A stretch of 63,854 bases of DNA, counting the filler, from Mustelus asterias (lineage: Eukaryota): assembly GCF_964213995.1 (NCBI RefSeq). It is 5 parts of 5 records of this genome, joined end to end, with 100 filler letters (N's around TTAATTAATTAA, not from the genome) between each part and the next. Parts side by side here need not be neighbours in the genome. Positions count along the whole stretch, not along the records: positions 22,708 to 50,756 come from NC_135808.1; 4 more parts are not named here. One strand, given 5' to 3'. The notes below the pieces were generated by a model. It was given only the letters and a program-made list of their open reading frames with translations. It made no database searches and had not been told where the DNA came from. A program made the translations under genes and the position numbers. Below, one piece after another: positions 37,338-50,756 of the stretch (positions are counted from its first letter, which is position 1; each line of letters starts with the position of its first letter).

Positions 37338-38074
37338 AATGGCTATTCCTGCATGGTCTGAGCCTGGAGGGATCTTGGAAAGATGAGGAGAGGGGAAGAG
37401 GGAATGGGGATTGGAGTGTAGAAACATCTGGAAGCATATAATCTTTGATGTGGCTTCCTGTCAGCTATTCATCTTCCTTAATAAGGCTATCTCATTGAAT
37501 GTTTTTAAGGCAAAGATAGATAAATTTTTGAACAGTATAGGAATTAAGGGTTATGGTGAGCAGGCGGGTAAGTGGATGGTTCGTGCTGAGTGTGGTATTG
37601 CTCTGATGGAACCTCGGAGCTAGTTTGGACTCCAGCTCTTGAGGAGATTTATTGACCTTGGAAAGAATGCAGTGCAGATTGACCAGAATGCTACCTTGTG
37701 ATCCAGTGATTAAACTATGAAGAATGATTAAACAAGTTAGGTTTGTATTCGCTGAAATTTAGGATGCTGAAGGCTGATTTGATTGAGGCTTTCAAGATAT
37801 TAAGAGAAATGGAGAGAATAGATAGAGAGAAAGCTTTCCTTCTGTTTGGGACGGGGCTTGGAATCTTTGGCATCTATTTGAAGTCTAACTTCTTGAGAGC
37901 GAAACTCCAAAATACTTCCACACGAAAAGGGTGGTAAGAGTTTGAAATTTTCCCTGCTGGGAATGGAAAATGGTGTAAAATTAACTATTTACACCACTGC
38001 TTAACAGAAATCTATAAATCTAAAAAATACTGGATGTGAGACAAATGTATATATGTGATAATAGGGGAGACAAT

Positions 38075-38432
38075 GGCCTAGTGAGTGGTATTATCGCTAG
38101 ACTATTAATCCAGAAACTCAGTTAATGTTCTGGGAACCTGGTTTCGAATCCTGTCATGGCAGATGGTGGAATTTGAATTCAAGAAAAAATATCTGAAATT
38201 AAGCATCTACTGATGACCATGAAATCATTGTCGATTGTCAAAAAAAACCCCCAATCTGGTTCCCTAATGTCCTTTCGGGAAGGAAATCTGCCGTCCTTAC
38301 CTGGTCTGGCCTACATGTGACTCCAGAGCCATAGCAATGTGGTTGACTCTCAATTGCCCTTGGGCAACGAAGGATGGACAACACCGCTGGCCAGCCAGCA
38401 ATGCCCATGTCCGATGAATGAATAAAAAAAAA
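38075..38432 (+). mobile_element. SacSINE1/DeuSINE-like SINE
   Basis: GGAAATCTGCCGTCCTTACCTGGTCTGGCCTACATGTGACTCCAGA core, A-rich tail; related copies at ~39105-39410, ~42400-42640 and ~50140-50600; family name is from recall. Confidence 0.65.
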
Positions 38433-39482
38433 TACTGTGCCTATGAGAAATGTATTTATATCATCTTTCTTGTGAGAGGTATGTTTAAAATTCAGCTCTG
38501 TTTTACATGGTACCAATGTATCTACACCAGCCAGCTCAGATGTTAAGAATGTAGGCTAGTGATTGATTTTAGCCTGCGGCCAGTGATTTTTGCAATTTTG
38601 CATTTTTGTATATAATTTCTGCTCTGTTCTTGATTTTAAGAGAACCTCACTTAAGCCTGTATTGAATATTGAGAAGTTTTTTTGCACAACCTCAATTATG
38701 TTTTAAGTCATATAATTACTCAATAGTACTCGGGATTGTGTAAATGTGGACTTGTTTTCACCAACCTTGTCATCCATGCTAGCCATGCTCACAGTTGATA
38801 TTTTGTCTTCTCTTTCGTGGCTAAGCTTATTAAAATAAAAGTCATTATTTTTCTGCAGGTGGCAATGTCTTGCTGCATTTGATGACGCTCAAACGACAGG
38901 CCAGGACAACGGGTAAATTTGCACAGGCATTGGTCACCTTATGGCATGGAATCAGGAGATGGTGTTTGCTTGATGGACAATATGTAACTGTACTGATAGT
39001 AGATGGGAGACACCATCAAAACTGTGTGAAAATCTTGACTATATACAGTGCCTGCAAGGAGAATTCAATATGGTCTTATGTTTACCAGACTCTATTTTGA
39101 ACTTTGTTCATGGGATGTGGATGTCGCTGGCTGGGCCAGCATTTATTGCCCAGAGTCAACCACATTGTTGTGGGGGTCTGTAGCCCAGGCCAGGGAAGAA
39201 TTACAGATTTCCTTCCCTAAAGGACGTTAGTGAAGAAGAGAGATTTTTAGGCCAATCGAATCATTGTCATCGTTAGACTTTTAATTCCAAATTTTTACTG
39301 GATTCAAATTTCACCATCTACCATGGTGGGATTCAACCCCGGATCCCCAGAGCATTACCCTGGGTCGCTGGATTACTAATCCAGCGACAATATCACTACG
39401 CTGCCTCCTCTCTAGTTTTAAGAGACCTTTGAAAAGCTGGAATTGGGTGAGAAATTGGATTTGAAGGGGCACAGTGTTTGGT

Positions 39483-39770
39483 TTATTTACTTATGAGTCA
39501 CGAATAGGCTTACATCAACACTGCAGTGAAGTTACTGTGAAAATCCCCGAGTCCCCACACTCCGCCGCCTGTTGGGATGGGAGAATTTAGCATGATCAAC
39601 CCACCTAACCTGCACATCTTTGGACTTTGGGAGGAAACCGGAGCACCCGGAGGAAACCCACGCAGACACGGGGAGAATGTGCAAACTCCACACAGGCAGT
39701 GACCCGAGCCGGGAATCGCACCCGGGTCCCTGGAGCTGTGAGGCAGCAGTGCTGACCACTGTGCCGCCCA
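39483..39770 (-). mobile_element. HE1-like SINE, tail B
   Basis: Reverse-strand copy. Confidence 0.85.
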
Positions 39771-41319
39771 TGTCCATCATCGTCCACCAGTGTCCATCAT
39801 TTTGGGCTGAACACCAGAAGATGTAGAGGGCCATCGACTGACTGGAATGTTCAATCCCATCCAATGTTATTCACAGGCTTGGTAAGAGATGAAGCAAGGA
39901 GAATTTTACAGTTTTGGGGAGGGTTGTCTTGACCAGACCAATTCGGAGTCACCCTTTGTGCTGTACCATGTACTTGTAACATTTGGAATATGCCATTTAA
40001 GTAAAGTTCGGAGGGGAGGGGGTGGGGGTGGGGGCTGGGGGATAGGGGGAGGGAGACTGGGGGTGGGGGGGAAGGGGGGGCTGGGGGTAAGGGGTAGGGG
40101 AGGGGGGTGGGGGATTGGGGGAGGGGGTCTGGGGAGTGGGAGGGAAGGGGGGGGCTGGGGGTGGGGGAGGGGAGGGGGTGCTGGGGGGCAATGGAGACAT
40201 ATGCATGTGGGCCTGTGAAATTGTGAGTAAATATTTTAAGTCTGTTTCTGGCATTTGTTCATTCTATAGATTGATGGACAGGAACTCCCCTCCCTAACTG
40301 CATTATGGGAGTAACGTCACCATATTAGCCTTCTTCTATTGCCCCTCCTTATTCCACAGCCCACATTGCCCCTCCCAATTACCTCCACCATATGACACCC
40401 TCGCCAGTACAGCTCCCCATTACTCCCATTCCATCCCCTATGCAAACACCACTTAAAATCCCTTAAGTGCAGGAGAAGGCCATTCGGCCCATTGAGTCTG
40501 CACCAACACTCCGAAAGAGCATCTTACCCAGGCCCACCTGCATCCCGTGCATTTGCTGTGGCCAATCCACCTAACCCCTACATGTTTACACTGTTGGAGG
40601 ACAAGGGGAAAATGTGTAAACTCCACATGGACAGTCACCCATGGATAGAATCAAACCCAGTTCCCTGACTCTGTGAGACAGTAGTGTTAAACATTCTGCT
40701 GCATCACCCGACATGTGCCTCCTTGCTTAGGAACCAATTCACAATCATCCTCTCCATTACCCCCTCCCCATTTCACCCCCTATTCCCCCTCCCCAATCCC
40801 CCTCCCCATTACCCCCTCCCCATTTCACCTCCGATTCCCCCTCCCCAATCCCCCTCCACATTAGCCCCTCCCCATTTCCCCTTCAGCATTCCCCCTCCCC
40901 AATCTCCCTCCCCATTACTCCCATTTCCCATCTCCTGATCCCAACCCTCCCCTCTTTCTATTCCCTCCTCCCTCTTCCCATCCCCCCTCGCCTTCTCCCA
41001 GTTTGCCTTCCCTCTCTCCTCTTCCACCTTCTCCTTTACTCCTGGAGGCTTTGTTAACCGAGTGAACTGGTCTGGCACTGATACCTCAGCAGATGGCGTG
41101 AAGTGGGATGGAGGGGAGTGAACAACGAGTGTTGTTCACATCCATCACGGGAACCTAAGGGTTAATTTAGCATGTCCAATCCAACCTAACTCACACATCT
41201 TTGGACTGTGGGAGGAAACCGGAGCACCCGGAGGAAACCCATGCAGACACGGGGAGAATGTGCAAACTTCACACAGACAGTGACCCAAGCCGGGAATTGA
41301 ACCCGGGTCCCTGGAGCTG

Positions 41320-42402
41320 TAAATCCTAGTAAATTTTTTCTGCACTCTTTCTAGTTTAATAATATCCTTTCTTTAATAGAGTGACCAGAATTGCACACAG
41401 TATTCCAAGTGTGGCCTTACCAATGTCTTGTACAACTTCAACAAGACGTCCCAACTCCTGTATCCAATGTTCTGACCAATGAAACCAAGCATGCCGAATG
41501 CCTTCTTCACCACTCTGTCCACCTGTGACTCCACTTTCAAGGAGCTATGAACATGTACCCCTCGATCTCTTTGTTCTGTAACTCTCCCCAACGCCCTACC
41601 ATTAACTGAGTAAGTCCTGCCCTGGTTCAATCTACCAAAATGCATCACCTTGCATTTGTCTAAATTAAACTCCATCTGCCATTCGTCAGACCACTGGCCC
41701 AATTGATCAAGATCCAGTTTCAATCGGAGATAACTTTCTTCACTGTCCACTATGCCACCAATCTTGGTGTCATCTGCAAATGTACCAACCATGCCTCCTA
41801 TATTCTCATCCAAATCATTAATATAAATGACAAATAACAGTGGACCCAGCACTGATCCCTGAGGCACACTGCTGGTCACACGCCTCCAGTTTGAAAAACA
41901 ACCTTCTATAACCACCCTCTGGCTTCTGTCAAGAAGTTTATTTGGTAGCACAACCTGTTGGGCTTTAACCTGGTGTTGTGAGATTTCTTACTGCGTTCAA
42001 CGCCGGCATCTCCACATTCTGTCAAGAAGCCAATTTTGTATCCATTTCGAACCTCACCCTGGACCCCATGAGATTTAACCTTATGTAACCACCTACCATG
42101 CGGTATCTTGTCAAAGGCCTTGCTAAAGTCCATGTAGACAACATCAACTGCACTGTCCTCATCAAACTTCTTGGTTACCCCTTCAAAAAACTCAATCAAA
42201 TTTGTGAGACATGATTTTCCACTCACAAAGCAATGCTGACTGATCCTAATCAGTCCTTGCGTCTCTAAATGCCTGTAGATCCTGTCTCTCAAAATACCTT
42301 CCAACAACTTACCCACCACAGATGTGAGGCTCACTGGTCTGTAGTTCCCAGGCTTTTCCCTGCAGCCCTTTTTAAACAAAGGCACAACATTTGCCACTCT
42401 CC
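41320..42402 (-). mobile_element. CR1 LINE RT fragment, split by an 80-bp insert (41937-42016)
   Basis: ANVVPLFKKG..PGNYRPVSLTS, YMDFSKAFD, PQGSVLGP and FADD motifs; insert flanked by the 13-bp duplication TTCTGTCAAGAAG. Confidence 0.93.
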
Positions 42403-42979
42403 AATCATGCAGGGCAAACTACATAAAGACAGCAGATTTGCTTTCCTGAAGAGATTGTGTTGAACTAGATGGATTTGACAACAACTAATGATCATTCCAT
42501 TGTCACTATCACTAAGCCTGGCTTTCACTCCCAGATTTATTTTCATCCCACCAGCAGCCATGGTAGGATTTAAACTCAGGGCATTAGCCTGAGCTTCTGG
42601 ATTAGTGTAGGGTAAACTACCATTGCCCCACCATCTCCCCTCTTCTGTGAGGTTTCTACTACATTCCGGGTGCTAAGTAACTGATGTGTTGTTTTATTTC
42701 TTATTGTACAACAAGCATATCTATGCTGTGGTCAGGGAATAATCCTAATTTCAAAGGGGAAAGATTTCTGTTAAATCACTGACTTGCTCAGTTAAACACA
42801 TTGACAAAAGAACTGGATCGACAACAAGAGAGATACAATCATGTTTCACAAGCATGCTTTTGGGATTTTGTGAGGGGGGTTTACCTAATTATTTATTTCC
42901 CACAACTCGCTGCTCTGCCACGATCCTATGCATTAAGTTCAGTTTCCACGATGGCAGTGCATTGATGTTGCTCAGTGGA

Positions 42980-43225
42980 TCATAGAATCATAGGATCCCA
43001 CAGCGCAGAGGAAGGCCATTCAGCCCATTGATTCTGCAGCAACTACAACCCCACTCAGGCACTATTCCCGTAACCCCATACGTTTTCCCAAGCTAGTCCC
43101 CCTGACACTAAGGGGCAATTTAGCCTGGCCAATCCACCTAACCCGCACAGCTTTGGACTGTGGGAGGAAACCGGAGCACCCGGAGGAAACCCACGCAGAC
43201 ACAGGGAGAATGTGCCAACTCCAGT
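42980..43225 (-). mobile_element. HE1-like SINE, 5'-truncated
   Basis: Core and tail A. Confidence 0.8.
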
Positions 43226-44094
43226 GAAGACCGAACTCAAGACTGTTCAGATCCCATTAATTTGAGGACAGAGTTTAATGCCGATAGCAGTGTGCTGGAG
43301 GATCCAATTTTGTGCATTGGCCTCAGCTTGGACCATGTGACTATGATTTATTAGAAGATCTGCAGTTTCCAATTGAAATTGTTCACTGTCTTCCAGTGCC
43401 TTTTTCAAAATGATGAATGAGTTAACAACTAAACAGCTAGAGCAGAACTTTAAAAAAAATCTGTTAACCAAGGATATTCAGAGTAGAAGCACCGTGAGCA
43501 TTGCATAGTTTGAAAACACCAGATTTGCTATTTTACATTTCGTCTTCAGATCTCTGCCTGAATGTAAGTCCTTGGATATTATTAGCCGAATCCTGAGGTA
43601 TGTGTGTGTGTTTTTTTTTTATGAGGGGCGGGAGGTGGAAACAATTCCTCAGTCTGTCTCAGACTGAGGCAAGGAATTATGCTATTGATGTTAATCGGAT
43701 CCACAGACCATCCATCTAAACTAACCTGGTCCCCACAGATTACACTGCAGGCCGCCCAGAAATATATTACATGTTGGGTAATGTTTTATCAAGGGACCAT
43801 TCCTCACTCAATATGTTGATGCTGTATTATACGATGCTAAAGCTTTGGGAAATTCGTCTTCCAGCTCACTCATCAATGTATTCGGATAATCAGTACACCC
43901 TTTGTTTATTACAGACATTACAAACTCATTGGATATAATTCAGGTATCCTCCCAGTTTTACATGTCATATATGTCTACTTGACCCTAATCCAACACAATG
44001 GACATTTTAATTACATACAGTTTGGGTGTCAAACATAAAAGTCACCCTCATAAATATGTGTAAAGTCTTTACGAGGTTGTGCTTGTAGCCGTGT

Positions 44095-45507
44095 CTATCT
44101 CGCTGCACCAATGTTCTTATACTGACACAGGAGGAGTTGCTTGAAGGTTTTCTTGAAGGTAGGATTACACAGTGCGTAGCAGGCTGGGTTCACGGTACTG
44201 TTTATGTAAAAGATCCAATATCCAATAATCCAGACAGTGTTGGGGATACAGGTTGCACAGAAGGTGTCAATGAGAACCATGACGTTGTATGGGGCCCAGG
44301 TGATGATAAATGCCAGGAGAATAGCCAGGACGGTTCTCGTCACCTTCTTCTCTCGGGATGCAGCTCCCTTCTTCTTAGCGGAGGTATTGGCCATTGTAAT
44401 GGTCTTAGTGTGTGGTCTGGTCTCTCTATCATGCCCGCTCTTACTGCTGATACATGGCACCTTTCTTGCTGTGGTACCACAGTGGTCATTGTTATGAGAT
44501 TTGCTAACTATCCTAAGGCAGAAGTTGGTGTTACCCATCCGGAAACAGCTTTGTGTAGTAGAGATAGTTGTGCCCTCTTGTATTGTCCCTTCCTGCTTCT
44601 GGTTTGATGGGACCACACTGGGGGAAGTTACCTCATTGTGAAGCTCCTTCTCTTCTTGGCCACAATTCGCAGCTATTATTTCTCCAATTATTTTGTCACT
44701 TTGCATTTTGGCGTGTGGCAAAGCATGAGGAGAGTTTGGGATGCTGCTACTATTCGGTTCCATAACCTTGTCCTTCACTACACCGTCAGAAACGGTTCCC
44801 TCGCTCGTTTCAGACACCTTTTTATCTTCCATTATTCGACTCTTGCTGGCTCGAGATATTTGCACGTATAAAATCATCATGATGAACACAGGGAGGTAGA
44901 AGGCAGCTATGGCAGTGCCAAAAGTGACAGCTGGATTTGAGAAGAACTGTATATAACACTCACCTTCACTAACTGTCCGCTCCCCTATAATGAACTGCCA
45001 GAAAAGAATGGCAGGAGCCCACAGGATAAACGACACCACCCAAACAGCTACGATCATCATCCCTGCCATCTTTGCTGTTCTCCGCACGGGGTAGCTGAGG
45101 GGTTTTGTCACGCAGAAGTAGCGGTCAAAGCTGATAACCAGGAGGCTCATGGAAGAAGCATTACTGACAACATAATCGAGAGCAAGCCACAAATCACATA
45201 TCACTGGGCCAAACGGCCAGTAGCCAATTAGAGTGTAGATGGTGAATAGATTCATAGTCACACCAATAATCAAATCAGCACAGGCCAAGCTAAAGATAAA
45301 ATAGTTATTAATAGTTTGTAAATGTCTGTTTACTTTGATAGAAACGATAACCAAAATGTTTCCGATAATTGTCACCAAGCTTAATGATCCTGTGACAATC
45401 ACAGCGAAGACTACTTCGGCTGTTGTGTAAGGACTCACTCTTCCACTGAGAAACAGGTCTGTTGGGTTGTTGAAAGATTCGTCTGTCTGTGCTGGGTTTG
45501 CCATCAT
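44095..45507 (-). CDS. CHRM2: Muscarinic acetylcholine receptor M2-like GPCR, intronless, ~470 aa, divergent paralog
   Basis: [62 protein letters not shown] and C-terminal YKNIGAAR; start taken at MMANPAQ. Confidence 0.93.
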   Translation of the reverse strand: MMANPAQTDESFNNPTDLFLSGRVSPYTTAEVVFAVIVTGSLSLVTIIGNILVIVSIKVNRHLQTINNYFIFSLACADLIIGVTMNLFTIYTLIGYWPFGPVICDLWLALDYVVSNASSMSLLVISFDRYFCVTKPLSYPVRRTAKMAGMMIVAVWVVSFILWAPAILFWQFIIGERTVSEGECYIQFFSNPAVTFGTAIAAFYLPVFIMMILYVQISRASKSRIMEDKKVSETSEGTVSDGVVKDKVMEPNSSSIPNSPHALPHAKMQSDKIIGEIIAANCGQEEKELHNEVTSPSVVPSNQKQEGTIQEGTTISTTQSCFRMGNTNFCLRIVSKSHNNDHCGTTARKVPCISSKSGHDRETRPHTKTITMANTSAKKKGAASREKKVTRTVLAILLAFIITWAPYNVMVLIDTFCATCIPNTVWIIGYWIFYINSTVNPACYALCNPTFKKTFKQLLLCQYKNIGAAR

Positions 45508-45844
45508 TCCCCTCTGGTGTGTAGTTAGCACTGACGAGGCATAAGTGCAGAAACTAAAAGATAAGGAATCAGATTTCATGTGTGTTGAAGGTGAACGACA
45601 ACTGGTAGTTCATTGAATTTCCACCAGCAAGAACATAAAAAGCTATCTGTTGTTAAATTTAATTAGGTTTTATTTCATGGGTCCTTTACTGTGCAATTAA
45701 TTATGAATGTATAGTGAACTACTTGTGTCAAACTGAATGAAGGTACTGATGAGTGTCATTGCAACCATGAGGTTTTAGATTAATTGAATTTATACAACTG
45801 AGTGAATCTTCTTTGCGCTCTGCAAATATTCATAAGTTGAAAAG

Positions 45845-46250
45845 ATATAGGAGCAGAATTAGGCCATTCAGCCCATCGAGTCTGCTCCGCCATTCGATCG
45901 TGGCTGATATACTCCTCATCCTCATTTTCCTTCCTTCTCCCCACAACCCTTCAACCCATTACCAATTAAAAATCTGTCTAACTCCTCCTTAAATTTACTC
46001 ACTGGCCCAGTAACCACCGCACTTTGGGGTAGCAAATTCTACAGATTCACAACCCTTTGGGAGAAGTAGTTTCTCCTCAACTCTGTTTTAAATTTGCTAT
46101 TCCTTATCCTAAGACTATGACCTCTTGTCCTAGAATGCTCCATAAGAGGAAGCATCTGCTCCACACCTACTTTATGCATACCTTTTATCATCTTGTATAC
46201 CTCAATTTGGTCTCCCCTCATTCATCTAAATTCCAGAGAGTATAGACCTA
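45845..46250 (-). mobile_element. CR1 LINE 3' end
   Basis: RGDQIEVYKMIKG..TRGHSLRI..RRNYFSQRVVNL plus CR1 3'UTR. Confidence 0.85.
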
Positions 46251-47499
46251 AAATATTCACTTTTCCTGTTTGATTCCTTTGAGTTGATTTCTCAAGATCA
46301 CAAATTGATGTAAACCTATAATGCCCAGATCTACGAGGGAAGTGATGGAAGAAGGTAAGGTATAGTGAGGCATACCATTTGATCTCTCACTATTTGCTTG
46401 CACTCTGCTGTGGAATTCAAAACTTGAGACACTTGGCAGTTTCTTTTTGGCTGGTTTATCTCGGTGTTGATTTTAAATTGCTTCTCTTCCAGACTCAGGA
46501 TGTTGCTACTAGATCTTTCTCGGACAGCCAGACTCCAGGAGGTCCTACATAGTCACTCCCCATCACAGCTCACAACATCTCTTCTTAAATATTCTTTACT
46601 TCCTACACTTTTGAATCTATTACCTGTAGCCCCTTTCTGAAACTTAACTTTACCAGAATATAAAATCTTTCATGTCCTTCTATTGACACATTTGCAGGTC
46701 AAATAAAGTTTAATAGTGTTGCTTTATTTGATTGTGAAACCTTTGCAAGCTGCAAGCATCTTTTTCCTTCCCCTTCAAATATAACATCTAAAAATCAAAA
46801 CCCGCACTTATCTCCTAATGCAAATTTCTACCCACTACTCATTTACTTGTAGAAAATTAACTCACAACCTTTACTTCATATGCATTCCTTTGGTGTCATA
46901 AACCTTACAGACAATCAGTTCCCAGCTTAAATAATTATGTCCGTACACATACACGCAAGCTTGTTTCAGAAAACAACACAATGAACCCCCAAAATTTTAA
47001 ATGTAATGCCATTTCTCACCACACCTATGAAGGTACAAGATCAGTGTGTTTGCAGAAATAAGCTCACTCTTTAACTCAAGGAAGCCTGGTTAAGCTGAGT
47101 CATTGTAAAACATAAATACATTGGGGATGGGAAGAGGCATTTCACAAGGGAAGGCATCCCTTTGAAATAATATTGTGGAGACAAACCAAGAGGGTTGAAT
47201 AAAGGGAGCCAGTTCATCCCTCCTCAGCTGGAAGCATTTTGTGCTATCGCCTCCAGAATTTAACAAATTGTGGCTCCTACCAGATAGTTAATGCAGGCAG
47301 AGGATAGTGAACTCAGGGACGTCACTCAGAATGGGGAATAACCCTGTCTGTGCATAAATGCTCCTCTCATATTTCCTCATGCAAGTTAATGTGTTTTCCC
47401 CCAATTCCCTTCAGCTTCTTGTTCATCTTCCTATCCATACTATTTGTTTTAACTACTCCCTGCAGTAGTGAATTCCACCTTCTCATCACTCTTTGGGTA

Positions 47500-47740
47500 A
47501 AGTTTAAGTTTATTTATCAATGTCACAAGTCGGCTTACATTAACACTGCAATGAAGTTACTGTAAAAATCCCCCAGTTGCCACACTCCGGCACCTGTTCG
47601 GGTACACTGAGGGAGAATTTAGCACGGCCAATGCACCTAACCAGCATGTCTTTTAGGACTGTGGGAGGAAACCACGCAGACATGGGGAGAATGTGCAGAC
47701 TCCGACCCAAACAGACAGAGACCCAAGCCGGGAATTGAGC
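47500..47740 (-). mobile_element. HE1-like SINE, tail B, internally deleted
   Basis: Tail B and core. Confidence 0.75.
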
Positions 47741-48299
47741 TCAGTTCAATTCTTAACTGTCCTGTTTGCAGATTAACAATCCAGGGAAGTGAGCTGAGCT
47801 GAGAATTGAGGAACTGGGATTAACATCACTCGGTGTGATCCCAACCCCCAGTGTTTCCACATCCCGGGAGGAATCCTGTCACTCCCGCTCTCAAACCACT
47901 TTCTTACTCCTTGTTTCTAACGGGTTGAATCTCCTTCCCTCCCCCTCCCTGTGGCTCCTTGTCGTCCTGGGATTCACCAGTTCTACTCCCTGCCCCTACT
48001 GGATATTATTGGTCGGCCAGGCGCTCAGATGGATATTCGACCTTGGGAGGAATCACAGGTGGAACTGAATCCGTTTCCAACCAGTGGGCAAAACTATTCA
48101 AAAGCTGAGGGGATCCGGGGTTTAATAAACAGGGGCAGAGGGTTAGAAATGTCAATCTGTATAAAGATAGGGTTAATGTATATGGAGAATAGAATGAACG
48201 CACATGGGCATATATATGTCTTTGTCCTTCCACACACACACATACACACACACGTATACACACTGTGGTATAGAAACATAAAAACATAGATGATAGGAG

Positions 48300-49435
48300 C
48301 AGGAGGGTGTTAGCGTGGATTTGGGATTGGCTATCCAACAGGAAGCAGAGAGTCGGAATAAATGGGTTATTTTCTGGTTGGCGGATGGTAACTAGTGGCG
48401 TGCCGCAGGGATCGGTACTGTGGGGCCTCAACTATTTACCATTTATATAGACGATCTGGAGGAGGGGACTGAGTGTAGGGTGACAAAGTTTGCAGACGAC
48501 ACAAAGATAAGTGCAAAAGTGAATCGTGTGGAGGGCATAGAAGGTCTGCAGAGAGATTTGGACAGGCTGAGTGAGTGGGCAAGGATCTGGCAGATGGAGT
48601 ATAACGTTGACAAATGCGAGGTTATTCACTTTGGAGGAAATAATAGCAAATTGGATTATTATGTAAATGGAAAAAAATTACAACATGCTACTGTGCAAAG
48701 GGACCTGGGGGTCCTTGTGCATGAGACGCAAAAACCCAGTCTGCAGGTGCAACAGGTGATCAAGAAGGCAAATGGGATGTTGGCCTATATCGCAAGGGGA
48801 ATAGAATATAAAAGCAGAGATGTCTTGCTGCATCTGTACAGAGCATTGGTGAGGCCGCAGCTGGAATACTGTGTGCAGTATTGGTCCCCTTATTTGCGGA
48901 AGGATATATTGGCCTTGGAGGGAGTGCAGAGAGTGCAGAGAAGGTTCACCAGGTTGATATCAGAGATGAGGGGTGTTGATTATGAGGAGAGACTGAACAG
49001 ATTGGGTTTGTACTCGTTGGAATTCAGAAGGCTGAGGGGGGATCTTATAGAGACCTATAAGATATTGAAGGGGCTGGATAGGGTAGAGGTGGAGAGATTC
49101 TTTCCACTTAGAAAGGAAGCTAGAACTAGAGGGCACAGCCTCAAAATAAAGGGGGGTCAGTTGAGGACAGAGTTGAGGAGGAACTTCTTCTCTCAGAAGG
49201 TGGTGAATCTCTGGAATTCTCTGCCCACCGAAGTGGTGGAGGCTACCTCGTTGAATATGTTTAAATCACGGATAGATGGATTCCTGATCGGTAAGGGAAT
49301 TAGGGGTTATAGGGTTCAGGCGGGTAAGTGGAACTGATCCACTTCAGATCAGCCATGATCTTATTGAATGGCGGGGCAGGCTCGAGGGGCTAGATGGCCT
49401 ACTCCTGCTCCTATTTCTTATGTTCTTATGTTCTT
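48300..49435 (+). mobile_element. CR1 LINE 3' portion (RT C-terminus and 3'UTR), 5'-truncated, frameshifted
   Basis: GVPQGSVL/GPQLFTIYIDDL..KFADDTK..RPQLEYCVQYWSP; tail (TTCTTATG)n. Confidence 0.93.
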
Positions 49436-50010
49436 ACGTCTCCTGCAGGCTCTATTGGCCAATAAAATACATCTGGCAGTGAAGGCATTGAGCAGCAGAA
49501 TCAGAACAAATGTAACCACAGGGGTAAGAATGCAGAGTAGGAGCATAACTGTGAACCAGACTCGTGATTCCAGAACATGGCTTTGTACAGAACAAAGCCA
49601 GGGGGCATTCCAAAGCCAATACTGATCCATCAACATAAAATACCACGTAGTATCCTTTAAACAGTTCTGTACAGTCACCATTCTCAGAGCCAGAGCTGCA
49701 GTTTTCTCAGAACAATATATAACTTTCAGTCTTTGGTAACAGATGGCCACAAATCTATCAAGGGTGCAAGTGGTGGTGAACCAGACAGAACAGTCTGTGG
49801 CTGCATAAAGCAGAATGTTGTGGAGGTTACAAGTAGGGATGGAGTACACAGAAATGAAATGTTTACTATAAACAATCGGAACGTGCCTCGGCATCAGGTT
49901 GATAAGAACAAGCAGTAGATCTGCCACTGCCATGGCCACCAGATAGCTTGTAACACATCTGGAGAGATTGCACTTTCCCCAAGAAAGGATCACAATTGTC
50001 ACTACGTTAA
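49436..50010 (-). pseudogene. Class A GPCR of the chondrichthyan GPR139-like family; main exon (end of TM1 to TM5) truncated by the CR1
   Basis: Acceptor TCTTCCTCACAG; NVVTIVILSWGKCNLSRCVTSYLVAMAVADLL..TDCSVWFT..LDRFVAIC..LILLLNAFT..ANRACRR, then CR1 tail; TM6-7 not found. Confidence 0.8.
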
Positions 50011-50756
50011 CTGTGAGGAAGAGATATAAACAGGGAAAATATATATCAGAATAGGAGCAGAATTACCAGTTTCAATAATTACTGGTTGAGATAAAAAATG
50101 TGTGTTACTGTGTCCAGTGATCTTTTGATTTATTTTATTCTTTCAGTGGATATGGGTGACACTGGCTTGGCCAGCATTTGTTGCCCATTCTAATTTCCCC
50201 TGAACTGAGTGGTTTGCTCGGCCATTGCACAGAGCTGTTAGGAGTCAACCACATTGTTGTGGGTCTGGAATCACACACAGGCCAGGCCAGGTGAGGATCA
50301 TTGAATCACTACAGCACAGGAGGAGGTCATTTAGCCCATCCTGTCTGCACAAGCTTTCCAAAGGAACCAAAAGACGATAGCAGATTTACTTAACTAAAGG
50401 ACATAAATGAACTCTATGGTTTTCTACAATCAATGACAGTCATCATGCTCACCGTTACTGAGACTAACTTTACACTGGAGATGTTTATTAATTGATTTCA
50501 AATTGAATGAATTCTGATAGTTGGATTTGAACCTATTCCCTCAGACCATTAGCTTTACCTCTGAGCTTCCAGGCCAGTGACATTATCACAGCACTACCAT
50601 CACTGCAAGTGATTTACTATTTGTTTTTTTTTTACTTGGCCCTATGATCTATGCTTTCCCTGTGATATGGCACGAGTGCACCTCCACACATAATCAGGTG
50701 GGACATTGACCAAGCTGGTTAATAGATCGGCACGATGGCACAGTGGTTAGCACTGC

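Noticed and set aside
45508-45579. 24-aa N-terminal extension of the CHRM2-like ORF
   Set aside because: The downstream MMAN start gives a normal-length N-terminus; the extension is likely UTR or intron
49430-49440. AC|GTAAG as a real splice donor rescuing the GPR139-like gene
   Set aside because: Formed by the junction with the CR1 (TAAGAACA)n tail; no TM6-7 exon found beyond the CR1
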